A DNA stretch of 64,000 nucleotides from a virus (lineage: Duplodnaviria; Caudoviricetes): the IMG/VR virus record IMGVR_UViG_3300019459_001231, positions 3,626-67,625 of that record. One strand, given 5' to 3'. The notes beneath the pieces were generated by a model, which did not search any database, had not been told where the DNA came from, and saw only the letters and a list, made by a program, of their open reading frames with translations. Below are positions 9,214 to 18,336 of this stretch, piece after piece. Made by a program: the position numbers and the translations under genes. How positions within the stretch are numbered: position 1 is the stretch's first letter; each line of letters begins with the position of its first letter.

Positions 9214-10194
9214 TTAAATCCTCATCATGTGTGCGGCAACATCTGCCATTCTGCAACTAAATGCCCATTCGTTATCATACCATGCTAACACACGAACCAG
9301 GTGATTGTCAACCACTCTTGTTTGATCTGGTGCAAAAATACAACTCTCTTTGGTTGTATTAAAGTCACTGCTTACCAGTGGTTGTGCATCATACCCAATT
9401 ATTCCACGCATTTCGTTGTTAGCACTTAATCTCATAAATTCGTTTACAGTTTGTTCACTGCATTCTTTTTCTACTTCTACTGTTAGATCCACACAACTTA
9501 CATTTGGAGTAGGAACACGTATTGCACTGCCTTTGATCTTTCCTTGTACATTGGGATAAACCAAGTCTAACGCTTTTGCGGCGCCAGTACTAGTGGGAAT
9601 AATGTTAACACCGCCTGCTCTAGCCCTATACGGATCTTTGTGTTTTTTGTCTATGGTTGCTTGGTCACCAGTATAACTGTGAATGGTTGTCATTTGACCA
9701 CGTTTAATGTTTAGGTGTGTATCTAATACTTTAACAAGCGGTGCTAGGCAGTTTGTGGTACAACTGGCATTGCTTACAACACGTTCATTTTTGTCTATGT
9801 CTTTGTGATTAACACCATATACAACTGTGCGTTTACATTCCTTTGCAGGTGCGCTTATAACAACTTTCTTAGCACCATTGATTGTATGATGTATACACTG
9901 TACACCGTTGTTGTATGCACCTGTACATTCTAGCACTACATCTACATTAGCCCACTTAATTTTTGCAATGTCACGCTCTTCAGTCCACAGTATAGGATCA
10001 TGTATTGCGCCATTATATCTACCATGTACACTATCATACTTGAGCAGATGCATGTTTGTTTCTCTGCCGCCTGTAGCATTGATTTGCACTATCTGCATAT
10101 CACTGCGTTGATCCATTATGTGACGTGTCACACAACGACCTATTCTACCAAATCCATTTATACCAATACTAATCATATTTAAAATACGTTCCAT
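9214..10194 (-). CDS. gap: type I glyceraldehyde-3-phosphate dehydrogenase (GapB-like)
   Basis: GINGFGRIGR, LLKYDSVHG, SNASCTTNCLAP, AIRVPTPNVS, WYDNEWAFS. Confidence 0.95.
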   Translation of the reverse strand: MERILNMISIGINGFGRIGRCVTRHIMDQRSDMQIVQINATGGRETNMHLLKYDSVHGRYNGAIHDPILWTEERDIAKIKWANVDVVLECTGAYNNGVQCIHHTINGAKKVVISAPAKECKRTVVYGVNHKDIDKNERVVSNASCTTNCLAPLVKVLDTHLNIKRGQMTTIHSYTGDQATIDKKHKDPYRARAGGVNIIPTSTGAAKALDLVYPNVQGKIKGSAIRVPTPNVSCVDLTVEVEKECSEQTVNEFMRLSANNEMRGIIGYDAQPLVSSDFNTTKESCIFAPDQTRVVDNHLVRVLAWYDNEWAFSCRMADVAAHMMRI

Positions 10195-10381
10195 CTATAT
10201 TGTGGGTTTTACTGTTGCTCACTGCCCACCAAAAACAATTCCATCTACTGTATCTTGCATACCAAGCCAAGTCACTTTGATCTTTTCCATACATGCGAAT
10301 TCCTTCGGCACGTAAGTGAACATACCAAAGTTTGAAATTGTTATACCTCTTCTTCGACTTTAACACTGCCTTTTGTTCCAC
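10169..10381 (-). CDS. hypothetical protein
   Basis: ORF overlapping the gap start, same strand. Confidence 0.5.
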   Translation of the reverse strand: MEQKAVLKSKKRYNNFKLWYVHLRAEGIRMYGKDQSDLAWYARYSRWNCFWWAVSNSKTHNIDGTYFKYD

Positions 10382-10452
10382 ACTTAGGACAATAATATTG
10401 ACCTCTGTCTATTTTAAAGTTTTTTTGCATTACAGCATAAGTGAAATAACAT

Positions 10453-10467
10453 TTGCAACTGGTGCAT
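10453..10467. promoter_or_regulatory. dyad TTGCA-N5-TGCAT (LysR-type T-N11-A box candidate)
   Basis: Intergenic, upstream of the gap unit; near-identical geometry to the dyad at 33005-33019. Confidence 0.4.
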
Positions 10468-10504
10468 GTTATATGAAATATATATTCTAAGTGCGCTGTA
10501 AAAC

Positions 10505-10732
10505 TCATATTGGCGTGGTTTCAACTATTTCAGCACTAGGAAAAACTTTTTTAATTTTACTTGCAGCAGTTATTTTGCCTGTTGCTCTAACATATGCTAT
10601 GCCATGTCCGTCTGAGATTTCGATATCGAAATCGTCTTCAGCTGACTTACGCATTGCAATTACTTTGTCTTTGGGCAAATTAAACAAAACTTTGTACCCG
10701 CAGTCAGTGGGAAAATTAATTACATTACTCAT
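10505..10732 (-). CDS. hypothetical protein
   Basis: ORF overlapping the GroES-like gene stop. Confidence 0.65.
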   Translation of the reverse strand: MSNVINFPTDCGYKVLFNLPKDKVIAMRKSAEDDFDIEISDGHGIAYVRATGKITAASKIKKVFPSAEIVETTPI

Positions 10733-11064
10733 CGTGTTGTATACTCTAACACACTTCTGTCTCCTGTCCAGATGCCCATAATATCTTTTGGATCAAGTGC
10801 GTATAATTTTTTGCCTTCTGGATGATCTACATCAAACCCTCTGCTCCAACGTCCGTGAGCTACAGCAACAATGTCACCAGGTTTCACATCATCAGTTACT
10901 TCATTGTCACTGCCAACATCGTGTACTTCAAAGAAGCGAGTTTTGATACCTGTTGTATCGCCATTGTCGTCTAGTGTGATAATACCACCTTTTGTGCGTC
11001 CTTCGCCAGGCGGGTTAACAAAAAATGCTAATACGCTGTGTCTAACTGCTTTTATATTTTTCAT
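10729..11064 (-). CDS. GroES/Cpn10-like co-chaperonin
   Basis: IKAVRHSVL, RTKGGIIT mobile loop, VHDVG...VKPGDIVAV. Confidence 0.75.
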   Translation of the reverse strand: MKNIKAVRHSVLAFFVNPPGEGRTKGGIITLDDNGDTTGIKTRFFEVHDVGSDNEVTDDVKPGDIVAVAHGRWSRGFDVDHPEGKKLYALDPKDIMGIWTGDRSVLEYTTR

Positions 11065-11067
11065 TAA

Positions 11068-12258
11068 TTACTCCTTGATTAATTCTTCTAATATCTCTAA
11101 ACATGCATCGCTGTTATCAGGTGCACCTTGTTCAATTGCCATTTTAACACATTCTCTAGTAAAGTCTAGTGAAAAACGTTCACCATCTCTGTCCATGCCT
11201 GTGTTAATCAAATATACATTACAGTCGTTAGCATGAATCTTTTGTATTAATAAGTCGCTGTATTCACGTACTGCTCTTGGCATAAAAGGTGATCCATAAC
11301 AAGGACTAAACAATGGTTTAATCTCGTCGGTGCCTGCTTCTGTGCCTGGCATTTGACTGGTGTATCCTGTTTCAAAGAAACGTCTAATAGTTCCATTTGT
11401 AATTTTACTCACAGGCGGAAATACACCTTTGGCATCCATCGTTAAAAAGAATATGTTGTCCGGATGATCAAACTTAGTTTGAGTATCATGTGCATTTTCC
11501 ACACAATCAAGTGGATAACTTAAACGTGCATTTGGTACGCCTGGGTTTTCTACAACCAATGTGTCACGTTCACGAGCAAGTTCTACTGCATTGAAAATAG
11601 TAGGATGTGTTTCTGGTGTAAGTCCTTCTGACTTTGCGTAGCATCCTGTTTCGATCATTTGAATACCATCGTGATGCCATGCAACTTCGTCATCACTGAT
11701 AAGTTCATAATCTGGATCACTGCTGAGTGTAGTCTTGCCTGTGCCACTAAGACCAAACATTAAGTTTGTTGTATCATTGTAAGTAAATGCACTACAATGC
11801 ATAGGCATCACACCACTATCAGGTAACATAAAACTAATGATACCAAATACACCTTTTTTGATTTCGCCTAAAAAAGTTGTGCCTGCTATTAGCATTTCGC
11901 CTTTGTCTAAGTGTACAAATATTTTAGGTTCATCTACTTGTACGCTTGTGTTGTGTAGTATCTGAAAGTCTGGCTCTTGGTCTGTTGCTTCGACTGTAAA
12001 CATGTTGCGAACAAACTGTGCATGTCTATCATCATTTGTAAGTACCCTAAAACGGATACCAACGCTTGTAAACTCTAACTCATGTTTGTAGTTTGGTTGT
12101 TGTGCCATAATGGCAAAAAAGTCTCTGTAGTCTGATTCGAGACCAATTTTGTTGTACTTAGGTCTAGTAAGATCCAAGTGTTTGGTTGCTTCTCCAAAGA
12201 AAAATTTATTCTCTGGACTCCGCCCTGTAGGCGAAGTAGCTATTTCTATGTTGGGCAT
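11068..12258 (-). CDS. pckA: ATP-dependent phosphoenolpyruvate carboxykinase (shortened)
   Basis: TGRSP, GEIKKG, MHCSA, FGLSGTGKTTLS, ISDDE, GCYAK, VYLINTG. Confidence 0.92.
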   Translation of the reverse strand: MPNIEIATSPTGRSPENKFFFGEATKHLDLTRPKYNKIGLESDYRDFFAIMAQQPNYKHELEFTSVGIRFRVLTNDDRHAQFVRNMFTVEATDQEPDFQILHNTSVQVDEPKIFVHLDKGEMLIAGTTFLGEIKKGVFGIISFMLPDSGVMPMHCSAFTYNDTTNLMFGLSGTGKTTLSSDPDYELISDDEVAWHHDGIQMIETGCYAKSEGLTPETHPTIFNAVELARERDTLVVENPGVPNARLSYPLDCVENAHDTQTKFDHPDNIFFLTMDAKGVFPPVSKITNGTIRRFFETGYTSQMPGTEAGTDEIKPLFSPCYGSPFMPRAVREYSDLLIQKIHANDCNVYLINTGMDRDGERFSLDFTRECVKMAIEQGAPDNSDACLEILEELIKE

Positions 12259-12662
12259 TATTCCTCGAGTTCTATAGTTTCTATACTACCGTCGTCGTAT
12301 TCAATTTCCACGTATTTTGTTCCGTCATCTCTGGTTCTAGTAATTTTACTTACTGCTTCTGGCTGTTGCGTAAACTGTTCCTGTAAGTCTGGCACCTCTG
12401 GCTCTGCAAACTCATCTGGTTCTTGTACAGTTGCTTGTATTGGTTTCGGATCACTGATTGGCGTGTTAGCAGGAGCCTCTTGCATATTGTGGTGTGCAAC
12501 TGCAATTTCTTCTGCTTTCATTCTCACAGTGCCATCTTGGTTAAGCCTATCACCTCTAGCATTCATTGGCACATTGCCAACTGCTCTTGTCATTTCGTGT
12601 TTAGTAGCAAGTGCTGCCATGTCTAACATAACACCTCTTGCTGTACGATTGCCTCTACTCAT
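12258..12662 (-). CDS. hypothetical protein
   Basis: Translationally coupled ORF; acidic C-terminus. Confidence 0.7.
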   Translation of the reverse strand: MSRGNRTARGVMLDMAALATKHEMTRAVGNVPMNARGDRLNQDGTVRMKAEEIAVAHHNMQEAPANTPISDPKPIQATVQEPDEFAEPEVPDLQEQFTQQPEAVSKITRTRDDGTKYVEIEYDDGSIETIELEE

Positions 12663-13165
12663 CTTAAGAATTCCTTGTAATCCAAATTGTATTTAACACT
12701 GTCAATTTTATGTACACCAATTAGATACAAAATATAGCTTGAAACACTTGATCCTCTTCCAACTCCCCACAATATATTGTTGTGTTTTAGTTGGTCTACC
12801 ATGTATACTAGAAACTGTAGCATCGGAAGCATATCACGCTGTTTAAATTCTTCAAGTTCCTCCAAACACCTCTGTTGATTTTCTTCGGGACTTAGTCCTA
12901 GTATATAATCAACGATGTTCAGCTGTTTGTATTCTTCTGGCATCCACCAATTGTCAGCATTTTTATAATTGTACTTATCACTTGAGTCGGCAGGTGTTTC
13001 ATAATCAATTTGATCATCAAATTTGAACAGTGTACAAAAATGATTGTAGCTATCGATCTTTTCAGCGTCTTTGGTTACAACATACTTGGCACTTTTGCCT
13101 TGTAGCATACCTTCGACTAGATCATTTTCGTCTACTACTACTTCGTTAAGGTCAGTCATCTTCAT
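12659..13165 (-). CDS. DNA polymerase III alpha subunit, N-terminal/palm fragment (split DnaE)
   Basis: WGVGRGSSVSSYILYLIGVHKIDSVKYNLDYKEFLR corresponds to DnaE GPGRGS...FERFL; stops before the PDID catalytic motif. Confidence 0.85.
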   Translation of the reverse strand: MKMTDLNEVVVDENDLVEGMLQGKSAKYVVTKDAEKIDSYNHFCTLFKFDDQIDYETPADSSDKYNYKNADNWWMPEEYKQLNIVDYILGLSPEENQQRCLEELEEFKQRDMLPMLQFLVYMVDQLKHNNILWGVGRGSSVSSYILYLIGVHKIDSVKYNLDYKEFLR

Positions 13166-13407
13166 CCTATATTTAACACATCATCGTCTGGGTCTTTGCC
13201 TTCTTCAATTTTACGCTCTCGTTCTTTTTCAAGTGCTTGAAGTTGACTCTTTGCTTGCATCTCAATGCTTACTTGATCTAGCATATTTTGAATTTGTACC
13301 GCAGGCCCAACCATTCCTGTGCTTTGAGCCTGAGACAATTTTTGTCGCAACTCTATTTGCTTCTCTAAAAGTTGCTCGATTGTTAGATTTTCTATATTTA
13401 AAAACAT
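13162..13407 (-). CDS. hypothetical coiled-coil protein
   Basis: ORF overlapping the dnaE fragment start. Confidence 0.65.
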   Translation of the reverse strand: MFLNIENLTIEQLLEKQIELRQKLSQAQSTGMVGPAVQIQNMLDQVSIEMQAKSQLQALEKERERKIEEGKDPDDDVLNIG

Positions 13408-13438
13408 AATATACTATAACATAGTTATCAGCATTGTG

Positions 13439-14227
13439 TCAACCGAAGTCTCCACTTACGTATGCCTTTGTTTTTCTATGGTTAGGGTTCTCAAAGATTT
13501 TCTTTGTACTACCTTTTTCAATGATCTCTCCCAAGTGAAAGTATGCTGTTGTATCCGATATACGCCGAGCCTGTTGCATGTTATGTGTGACAATAACAAT
13601 GGTGTAGTTCTTCTTCAACTCGAGTATTAGTTCTTCTATAGCATTGGTTGATATCGGATCCAGTGCTGAACACGGTTCGTCCAACAGTAGTATCTGTGGA
13701 TCAACTGCAAGGCTACGAGCAATACATAGTCGCTGTTGCTGTCCGCCACTAAGGCCAAACGCATTGTCGTGTAATCTATCCTTTACTTCCGTCCAGAGAT
13801 TTGCTTTCTTTAGACTGTCTTCTACGATAGCATCTAACTGTTCTTTTGTTTCGTACATACGATGCAGTTTAGGACCATACGCAATGTTTTCGTAGATACT
13901 TTTAGGAAAAGGATTGGGCTTTTGGAATACCATGCCTACACTCTTACGCAAGTTGTTTACATTGGTATACTGTGTTCTATAAATGTCTGTGCCATCAATG
14001 TCTACGCTTCCTTTTGTACGACAAATATCAACAAAGTCATTCATACGATTCAATGCTCTTAGGAATGTGCTCTTGCCACAGCCACTAGGGCCAATCAATG
14101 CTGTTACATTGTTCTTGCGTATCTGTAAGTCAGCATCAATAATAGCGTGATGATCGTCATACCAGATGTTTAATCCTCGAACATTGATCTTTGAACTTGA
14201 ATTTAGTTCTAGTGTTTCTCTTACCAT
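13439..14227 (-). CDS. pstB: phosphate ABC transporter ATPase
   Basis: [62 protein letters not shown]. Confidence 0.97.
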   Translation of the reverse strand: MVRETLELNSSSKINVRGLNIWYDDHHAIIDADLQIRKNNVTALIGPSGCGKSTFLRALNRMNDFVDICRTKGSVDIDGTDIYRTQYTNVNNLRKSVGMVFQKPNPFPKSIYENIAYGPKLHRMYETKEQLDAIVEDSLKKANLWTEVKDRLHDNAFGLSGGQQQRLCIARSLAVDPQILLLDEPCSALDPISTNAIEELILELKKNYTIVIVTHNMQQARRISDTTAYFHLGEIIEKGSTKKIFENPNHRKTKAYVSGDFG

Positions 14228-15399
14228 TTTATTTCAAACCTTTTTCGTAACCAGATTGCTAATACGTTTAGCACTATGAGTGCTGAGAGTAGAACAAGGA
14301 TCGCCGCACTGGTTTTCTCAGCAAAGCCTCGTTCAGGCGAGTCTGCCCAAAGATAAATTTGAACAGGTAATGTTGTTGCACTATCCCAAGGTGTGCTAGG
14401 CGGAACCAAAATAAATGCAACCATACCAATCATTAGTAGTGGCGCACTTTCTCCTATTGCTCTAGCAATACCTATGATAGTTCCTGTGATGATGCCAGGC
14501 ATAGCCGCAGGTAGTACTTGATAGACAGTTGTTTGCATTCTACTACCACCTAGTGCATTTGATGCATCTCTGATTGACTGTGGTACTGTTCTAAGAGCTG
14601 TCCTAGCACTAATAACAATCACAGGAAGTATTAGGATGCCCAGTGTAATTGCTCCTACTAAACTAGCACTCCTTGGCATACCAAAGAAGTTTATCAACAA
14701 TGCTAAACCTAACAAGCCATAAACAATACTAGGTACTGCGGCTAGGTTGTTGATATTGATCTCCATAAAGTCTCGTATCCAACCACGTTTTTTTGTTTGG
14801 AATTCTTCCATATAGGTAGCGCATCCTACTCCTATAGGAAATGCAAACAATACTGCCAGTCCAATGGTATAGACAGTACCTACCACTGCTCCCCATATAC
14901 CTGCTATCTCCGGCGATCGACTGTCTGAGTTTCGCCAAAAGTCCCAATTCCATGTACGATATATTTTGCCTTGTTCAATTAATTGATCTGTTATTGAACG
15001 TTGCTTATCTGTTAGTTTGTCATAAACTCCCTTTACATACATATCAACATCTGTATGGGCTACCAATGTGTATACACCAGGCTCTGTGATATCTAATGTC
15101 GAATAGGCATTAGGTGTAACTAACTGTCGTAAATCCTTTTTTGTTTTCCTATCGGCGCCTGGCCAGAGATGATACATAGCACTGTTTATAGTTTTCTTAG
15201 TACTACTTTCAATACTATAAACACTAACATCAATCTTAGTTTGTGTAAATGCGCCTATACCTCTATAGCCTAGTGTAGCAAAGAACACCAACATCAATAA
15301 TGCTGTTAGTGCAAGTGCAGACTTACAGGCATACTCTAGGCCTTTTTGTAAGCGTCTGCGTTTGCCGTCTAATTTACTGTTTAAGTCTATCGATTGCAT
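14221..15399 (-). CDS. pstA: phosphate ABC transporter permease
   Basis: [38 protein letters not shown]. Confidence 0.95.
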   Translation of the reverse strand: MQSIDLNSKLDGKRRRLQKGLEYACKSALALTALLMLVFFATLGYRGIGAFTQTKIDVSVYSIESSTKKTINSAMYHLWPGADRKTKKDLRQLVTPNAYSTLDITEPGVYTLVAHTDVDMYVKGVYDKLTDKQRSITDQLIEQGKIYRTWNWDFWRNSDSRSPEIAGIWGAVVGTVYTIGLAVLFAFPIGVGCATYMEEFQTKKRGWIRDFMEININNLAAVPSIVYGLLGLALLINFFGMPRSASLVGAITLGILILPVIVISARTALRTVPQSIRDASNALGGSRMQTTVYQVLPAAMPGIITGTIIGIARAIGESAPLLMIGMVAFILVPPSTPWDSATTLPVQIYLWADSPERGFAEKTSAAILVLLSALIVLNVLAIWLRKRFEIKW

Positions 15400-16321
15400 T
15401 CTTATAGTTCCTATATGCTATCCAGTTTAATATAAATGTAACCACAAAGAGTGTGAACGCAAGAGCAAATGCACTAAGTGTTTTGGCACTATCAAACTCT
15501 TGGTCGCCTATTAGTAGTGTTACAATCTGTACTGTTACTGTTGTTACTGCTTCTAGTGGATTAGCTGTTAGATTAGCGGCTAGTCCTGCAGCCATAACAA
15601 CAATCATTGTTTCGCCTATGGCTCTTGCAATGGCCATAATAAATCCTGCAACAATACCCGGCAGGGCGGCAGGTAATATAATATCTTTAATAGTTTCTTC
15701 TCGTGTAGCACCTATACCTCTTGCACCATCTCGCATTGCACTAGGTACGGCTTTTATAACATCATCTGTTATGCTTGAGATCAAGGGTATAATCATCATA
15801 CCCATTACAACACCTGCGGCTAGTGCTGACTCTGTTGCTACATCTAAACCTAGTGTAACACCCATATTTCGTAGCCACGGACCTAACACAATCGCGGCAA
15901 AGAATCCATACACCACTGTTGGGATACCTGCCAGTATTTCCAGTAACGGTTTTACAACTTGTCGGTGTGAGGGTTTTAAATATTCTGATGTATAAATTGC
16001 GGCAAGCAATCCAATTGGTCCTGCTATGCACATTGCAATAATTGTAATAAACATTGTGCCCCACATCAGTGGAACAAATCCAAACTCACCTGAGCTACCT
16101 ACACTGTCTGCTCTAAAGGCTGTTTGTGGGCTCCAAGTGGTGTTAAAGAAAAACTCACTGGGCGGAACCATTGTAAAAAATTTAATTGTTTCGTAACTTA
16201 AACTAGCAATGATGGCAAATGTAATGCCCACTGTAATCCAACTACTAACTCTAAAAAAGCCTTTGAGCCAGTCTTCACTGAACCCGCTTTGCTTTTGCTT
16301 TGGGCCTATCCATATAAACAT
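15374..16321 (-). CDS. pstC: phosphate ABC transporter permease
   Basis: KPLLEILAGIPTVVYGFFA, ARAIGETMIVVMAAG, SAFALAFTLF. Confidence 0.95.
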   Translation of the reverse strand: MFIWIGPKQKQSGFSEDWLKGFFRVSSWITVGITFAIIASLSYETIKFFTMVPPSEFFFNTTWSPQTAFRADSVGSSGEFGFVPLMWGTMFITIIAMCIAGPIGLLAAIYTSEYLKPSHRQVVKPLLEILAGIPTVVYGFFAAIVLGPWLRNMGVTLGLDVATESALAAGVVMGMMIIPLISSITDDVIKAVPSAMRDGARGIGATREETIKDIILPAALPGIVAGFIMAIARAIGETMIVVMAAGLAANLTANPLEAVTTVTVQIVTLLIGDQEFDSAKTLSAFALAFTLFVVTFILNWIAYRNYKNAIDRLKQ

Positions 16322-16341
16322 CTATCTACCTTGCGTAAAGT

Positions 16342-16365
16342 GAGAGTGAGCCTGAGCCCACTCTC
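16342..16365. terminator. stem-loop between pstS and pstC
   Basis: GAGAGTG-N10-CACTCTC inverted repeat; likely raises PstS relative to the permeases. Confidence 0.6.
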
Positions 16366-16374
16366 TTATTTTGT

Positions 16375-17376
16375 TTAGTTTAACACGTTTGCACGTACTG
16401 TGTCAAGTTCATTTTGTGGTAGAGGAATAAGTCCTGCATCACCTAGTGAACCGTCTTGACCTGCTACGTCATCGCTGAGATATAGTTCCATGAACTCAGT
16501 CATGCCGTCAATTACACCCATATGCTCTTTTTTAGCATACACATATAGTCCGCGGCTTGCTGGATAGCTACCATCTGCAATTGATTCAAATGTTGGAACC
16601 ACGCCACCAATCGGTGAACCTTGGATAACATCTGTGTTTTGGTCTAGGAATGAATAACCAAAGATACCATAAGCATTTGGATTGTTAGCAAGTTTTTGAA
16701 TGATAAGGTTATCGTTTTCACCTGCTTCTACATAAGCACCATCTTCACGGATACCGTGGCAGATACCTTTGTATGCTTTCTTGTCTGCTTTCTTAAGGTC
16801 TTTTACCCAACCATAAGTCTTACAGCCTGCTTCCATTACAAGCTCACTCCACGCATCACGTGTGCCTGAACTTGGCGGTGGTCCTAATACTTCAATTTTT
16901 GTGTTAGGGAATTTTGGATTGATTTGGTTCCAAGTTTTGAATGGGTTTGGAACAAGGTCGCCATTTTCCTGTGGGACATCTTTTGCTAATGCTTGGAACA
17001 ACTCACGTGGTGTGATTTCTAATGCTTCGCCTTCGTTGCTGGTTGCGAACACAATACCGTCATAACCAACTAGCATTTCTAAGGGTGTTACTCCATTTGC
17101 ACTACACTTCTCTACTTCTGATGATTTGATTGCACGTGAAGCATTTGTAAAGTCTGGGTGATCAACACCTGTACCTGCACAGAATAGTTTCATGCCACCG
17201 CCTGTGCCAGTTGATTCAATAACTGGAGCAGTGTTGCCCTCTGCGGCAAATGTTTCTCCTACGATTGTTGTGAAAGGATATACTGTAGAACTACCTACAA
17301 TTCTAATTTCTCGTGCTTCAGCAACTGTTGTTACTGCAAAAACCGCCACGAGTGCGGCTACGAATGATCGTACCAT
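16375..17376 (-). CDS. pstS: phosphate-binding periplasmic protein
   Basis: Signal peptide; IRIVGSSTVYPF, ESTGTGGGMKLFC, NASRAIK, GPPPSSGTRDA. Confidence 0.95.
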   Translation of the reverse strand: MVRSFVAALVAVFAVTTVAEAREIRIVGSSTVYPFTTIVGETFAAEGNTAPVIESTGTGGGMKLFCAGTGVDHPDFTNASRAIKSSEVEKCSANGVTPLEMLVGYDGIVFATSNEGEALEITPRELFQALAKDVPQENGDLVPNPFKTWNQINPKFPNTKIEVLGPPPSSGTRDAWSELVMEAGCKTYGWVKDLKKADKKAYKGICHGIREDGAYVEAGENDNLIIQKLANNPNAYGIFGYSFLDQNTDVIQGSPIGGVVPTFESIADGSYPASRGLYVYAKKEHMGVIDGMTEFMELYLSDDVAGQDGSLGDAGLIPLPQNELDTVRANVLN

Positions 17377-17451
17377 ATTTTTTCTCCATATTTGGTCTGC
17401 CCTGTTGGGCCATCATAATAAAAAGTGTACACAATTTCTTGCGTACACCGT

Positions 17452-17459
17452 TATTTATA
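17452..17459 (-). promoter_or_regulatory. T4-late-like promoter TATAAATA upstream of pstS
   Basis: Exact 8-mer. The same 8-mer is also intergenic or at gene junctions on the minus strand at 26393, 32943, 44867, 47742, 55680 and 56944; the CATAAATA variant occurs at 20844 and 57322. Confidence 0.7.
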
Positions 17460-17477
17460 AACTGTGTAGATTACAGT

Positions 17478-17885
17478 TTACAAATCACCGTCTTTTCTAT
17501 TTTCTGAAAAGTATACATCAAAACTGCCGCCTGGATAACGGCTTTCAAGTTTGCGTACATTCTCTGCTACTACTTCATTTGGATCTTCTCCAATAGCACG
17601 ACATGCGTTGACCCAATACCACATGATGTCTCCTAGTTCACGCTTCATGTGAAAGATTGTTTCTTCGTTCATGGGCTTGCCTTGGAATGTACACTTCTTT
17701 ACAATCTCACTAAACTCTCCGCCTTCACTAGCCATACCGATACTAGATGTGAGTAGCAGTGCAGGATTTATACCTTGCTCACTTAGTTCAATCATTCTAC
17801 TGTGCAATGCGCCAAATGCATTGCTTTCACTACTGGTGACTTTTTCTACAAAGTCTTTGTATTTGTTTAAATCTACTTGTGACAT
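17478..17885 (-). CDS. MazG-like nucleotide pyrophosphohydrolase
   Basis: EGGEFSEIVKK and RELGDIMWY motifs. Confidence 0.85.
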   Translation of the reverse strand: MSQVDLNKYKDFVEKVTSSESNAFGALHSRMIELSEQGINPALLLTSSIGMASEGGEFSEIVKKCTFQGKPMNEETIFHMKRELGDIMWYWVNACRAIGEDPNEVVAENVRKLESRYPGGSFDVYFSENRKDGDL

Positions 17886-18152
17886 TTATACCTCTATATC
17901 TATAAACTCGCCTACTGTTGTAGTTGAGCCAGTTTCATATCTTAATTTTGCTTGATCTCGTAACGCTTGTATTTCTTGATAACGTTCTTCAATTGCTTTT
18001 GTTTGTGCAAGTTTTACTTCTGCTCTAGTTGCTTGCTCTACAACTCGAATACGTTCTTTTTCCATTGGCGGTTTAATGTGTTCGCTGTTGGGATACACAT
18101 TAGGGTGTCCATAGTAGTTGGCTGGTACGGATTGCTGGATCTCAGTCATCAC
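17886..18152 (-). CDS. hypothetical protein
   Basis: ORF in tightly packed minus-strand run. Confidence 0.6.
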   Translation of the reverse strand: MMTEIQQSVPANYYGHPNVYPNSEHIKPPMEKERIRVVEQATRAEVKLAQTKAIEERYQEIQALRDQAKLRYETGSTTTVGEFIDIEV

Positions 18153-18336
18153 TTACTCCTTCGCTCTTTACATACTTTACACTTAAATCAGGTTGTATAC
18201 GTTGTTCCATGTGTTCTCGACAGCAATACCATACTTGTGTTCCAACTATTAAACCACAAACTGTGTCATTGGCTTCCCAGTCGCCTGCGGCATTTTGTTG
18301 GAACAATATATGGTGTTCACTACAAGTTTTTGCCAC
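18142..18336 (-). CDS. hypothetical small Cys/His protein
   Basis: CSEHH...C...CCREH; coupled to the aldolase stop. Confidence 0.5.
   Translation of the reverse strand: MAKTCSEHHILFQQNAAGDWEANDTVCGLIVGTQVWYCCREHMEQRIQPDLSVKYVKSEGVSDD

Noticed and set aside
15453-15995. Long plus-strand ORFs opposite pstC, prs (19578-20087), nrdA (49801-50130) and the 849-aa gene (46725-47117)
   Set aside because: Antisense shadows of well-supported genes; S/P/T-rich with no motifs
17380-17480. Pho box upstream of pstS
   Set aside because: Only a single CTGTAAT-like half-site inside a hairpin (AAACTGT-N7-ACAGTTT); no 11-bp-spaced direct repeat
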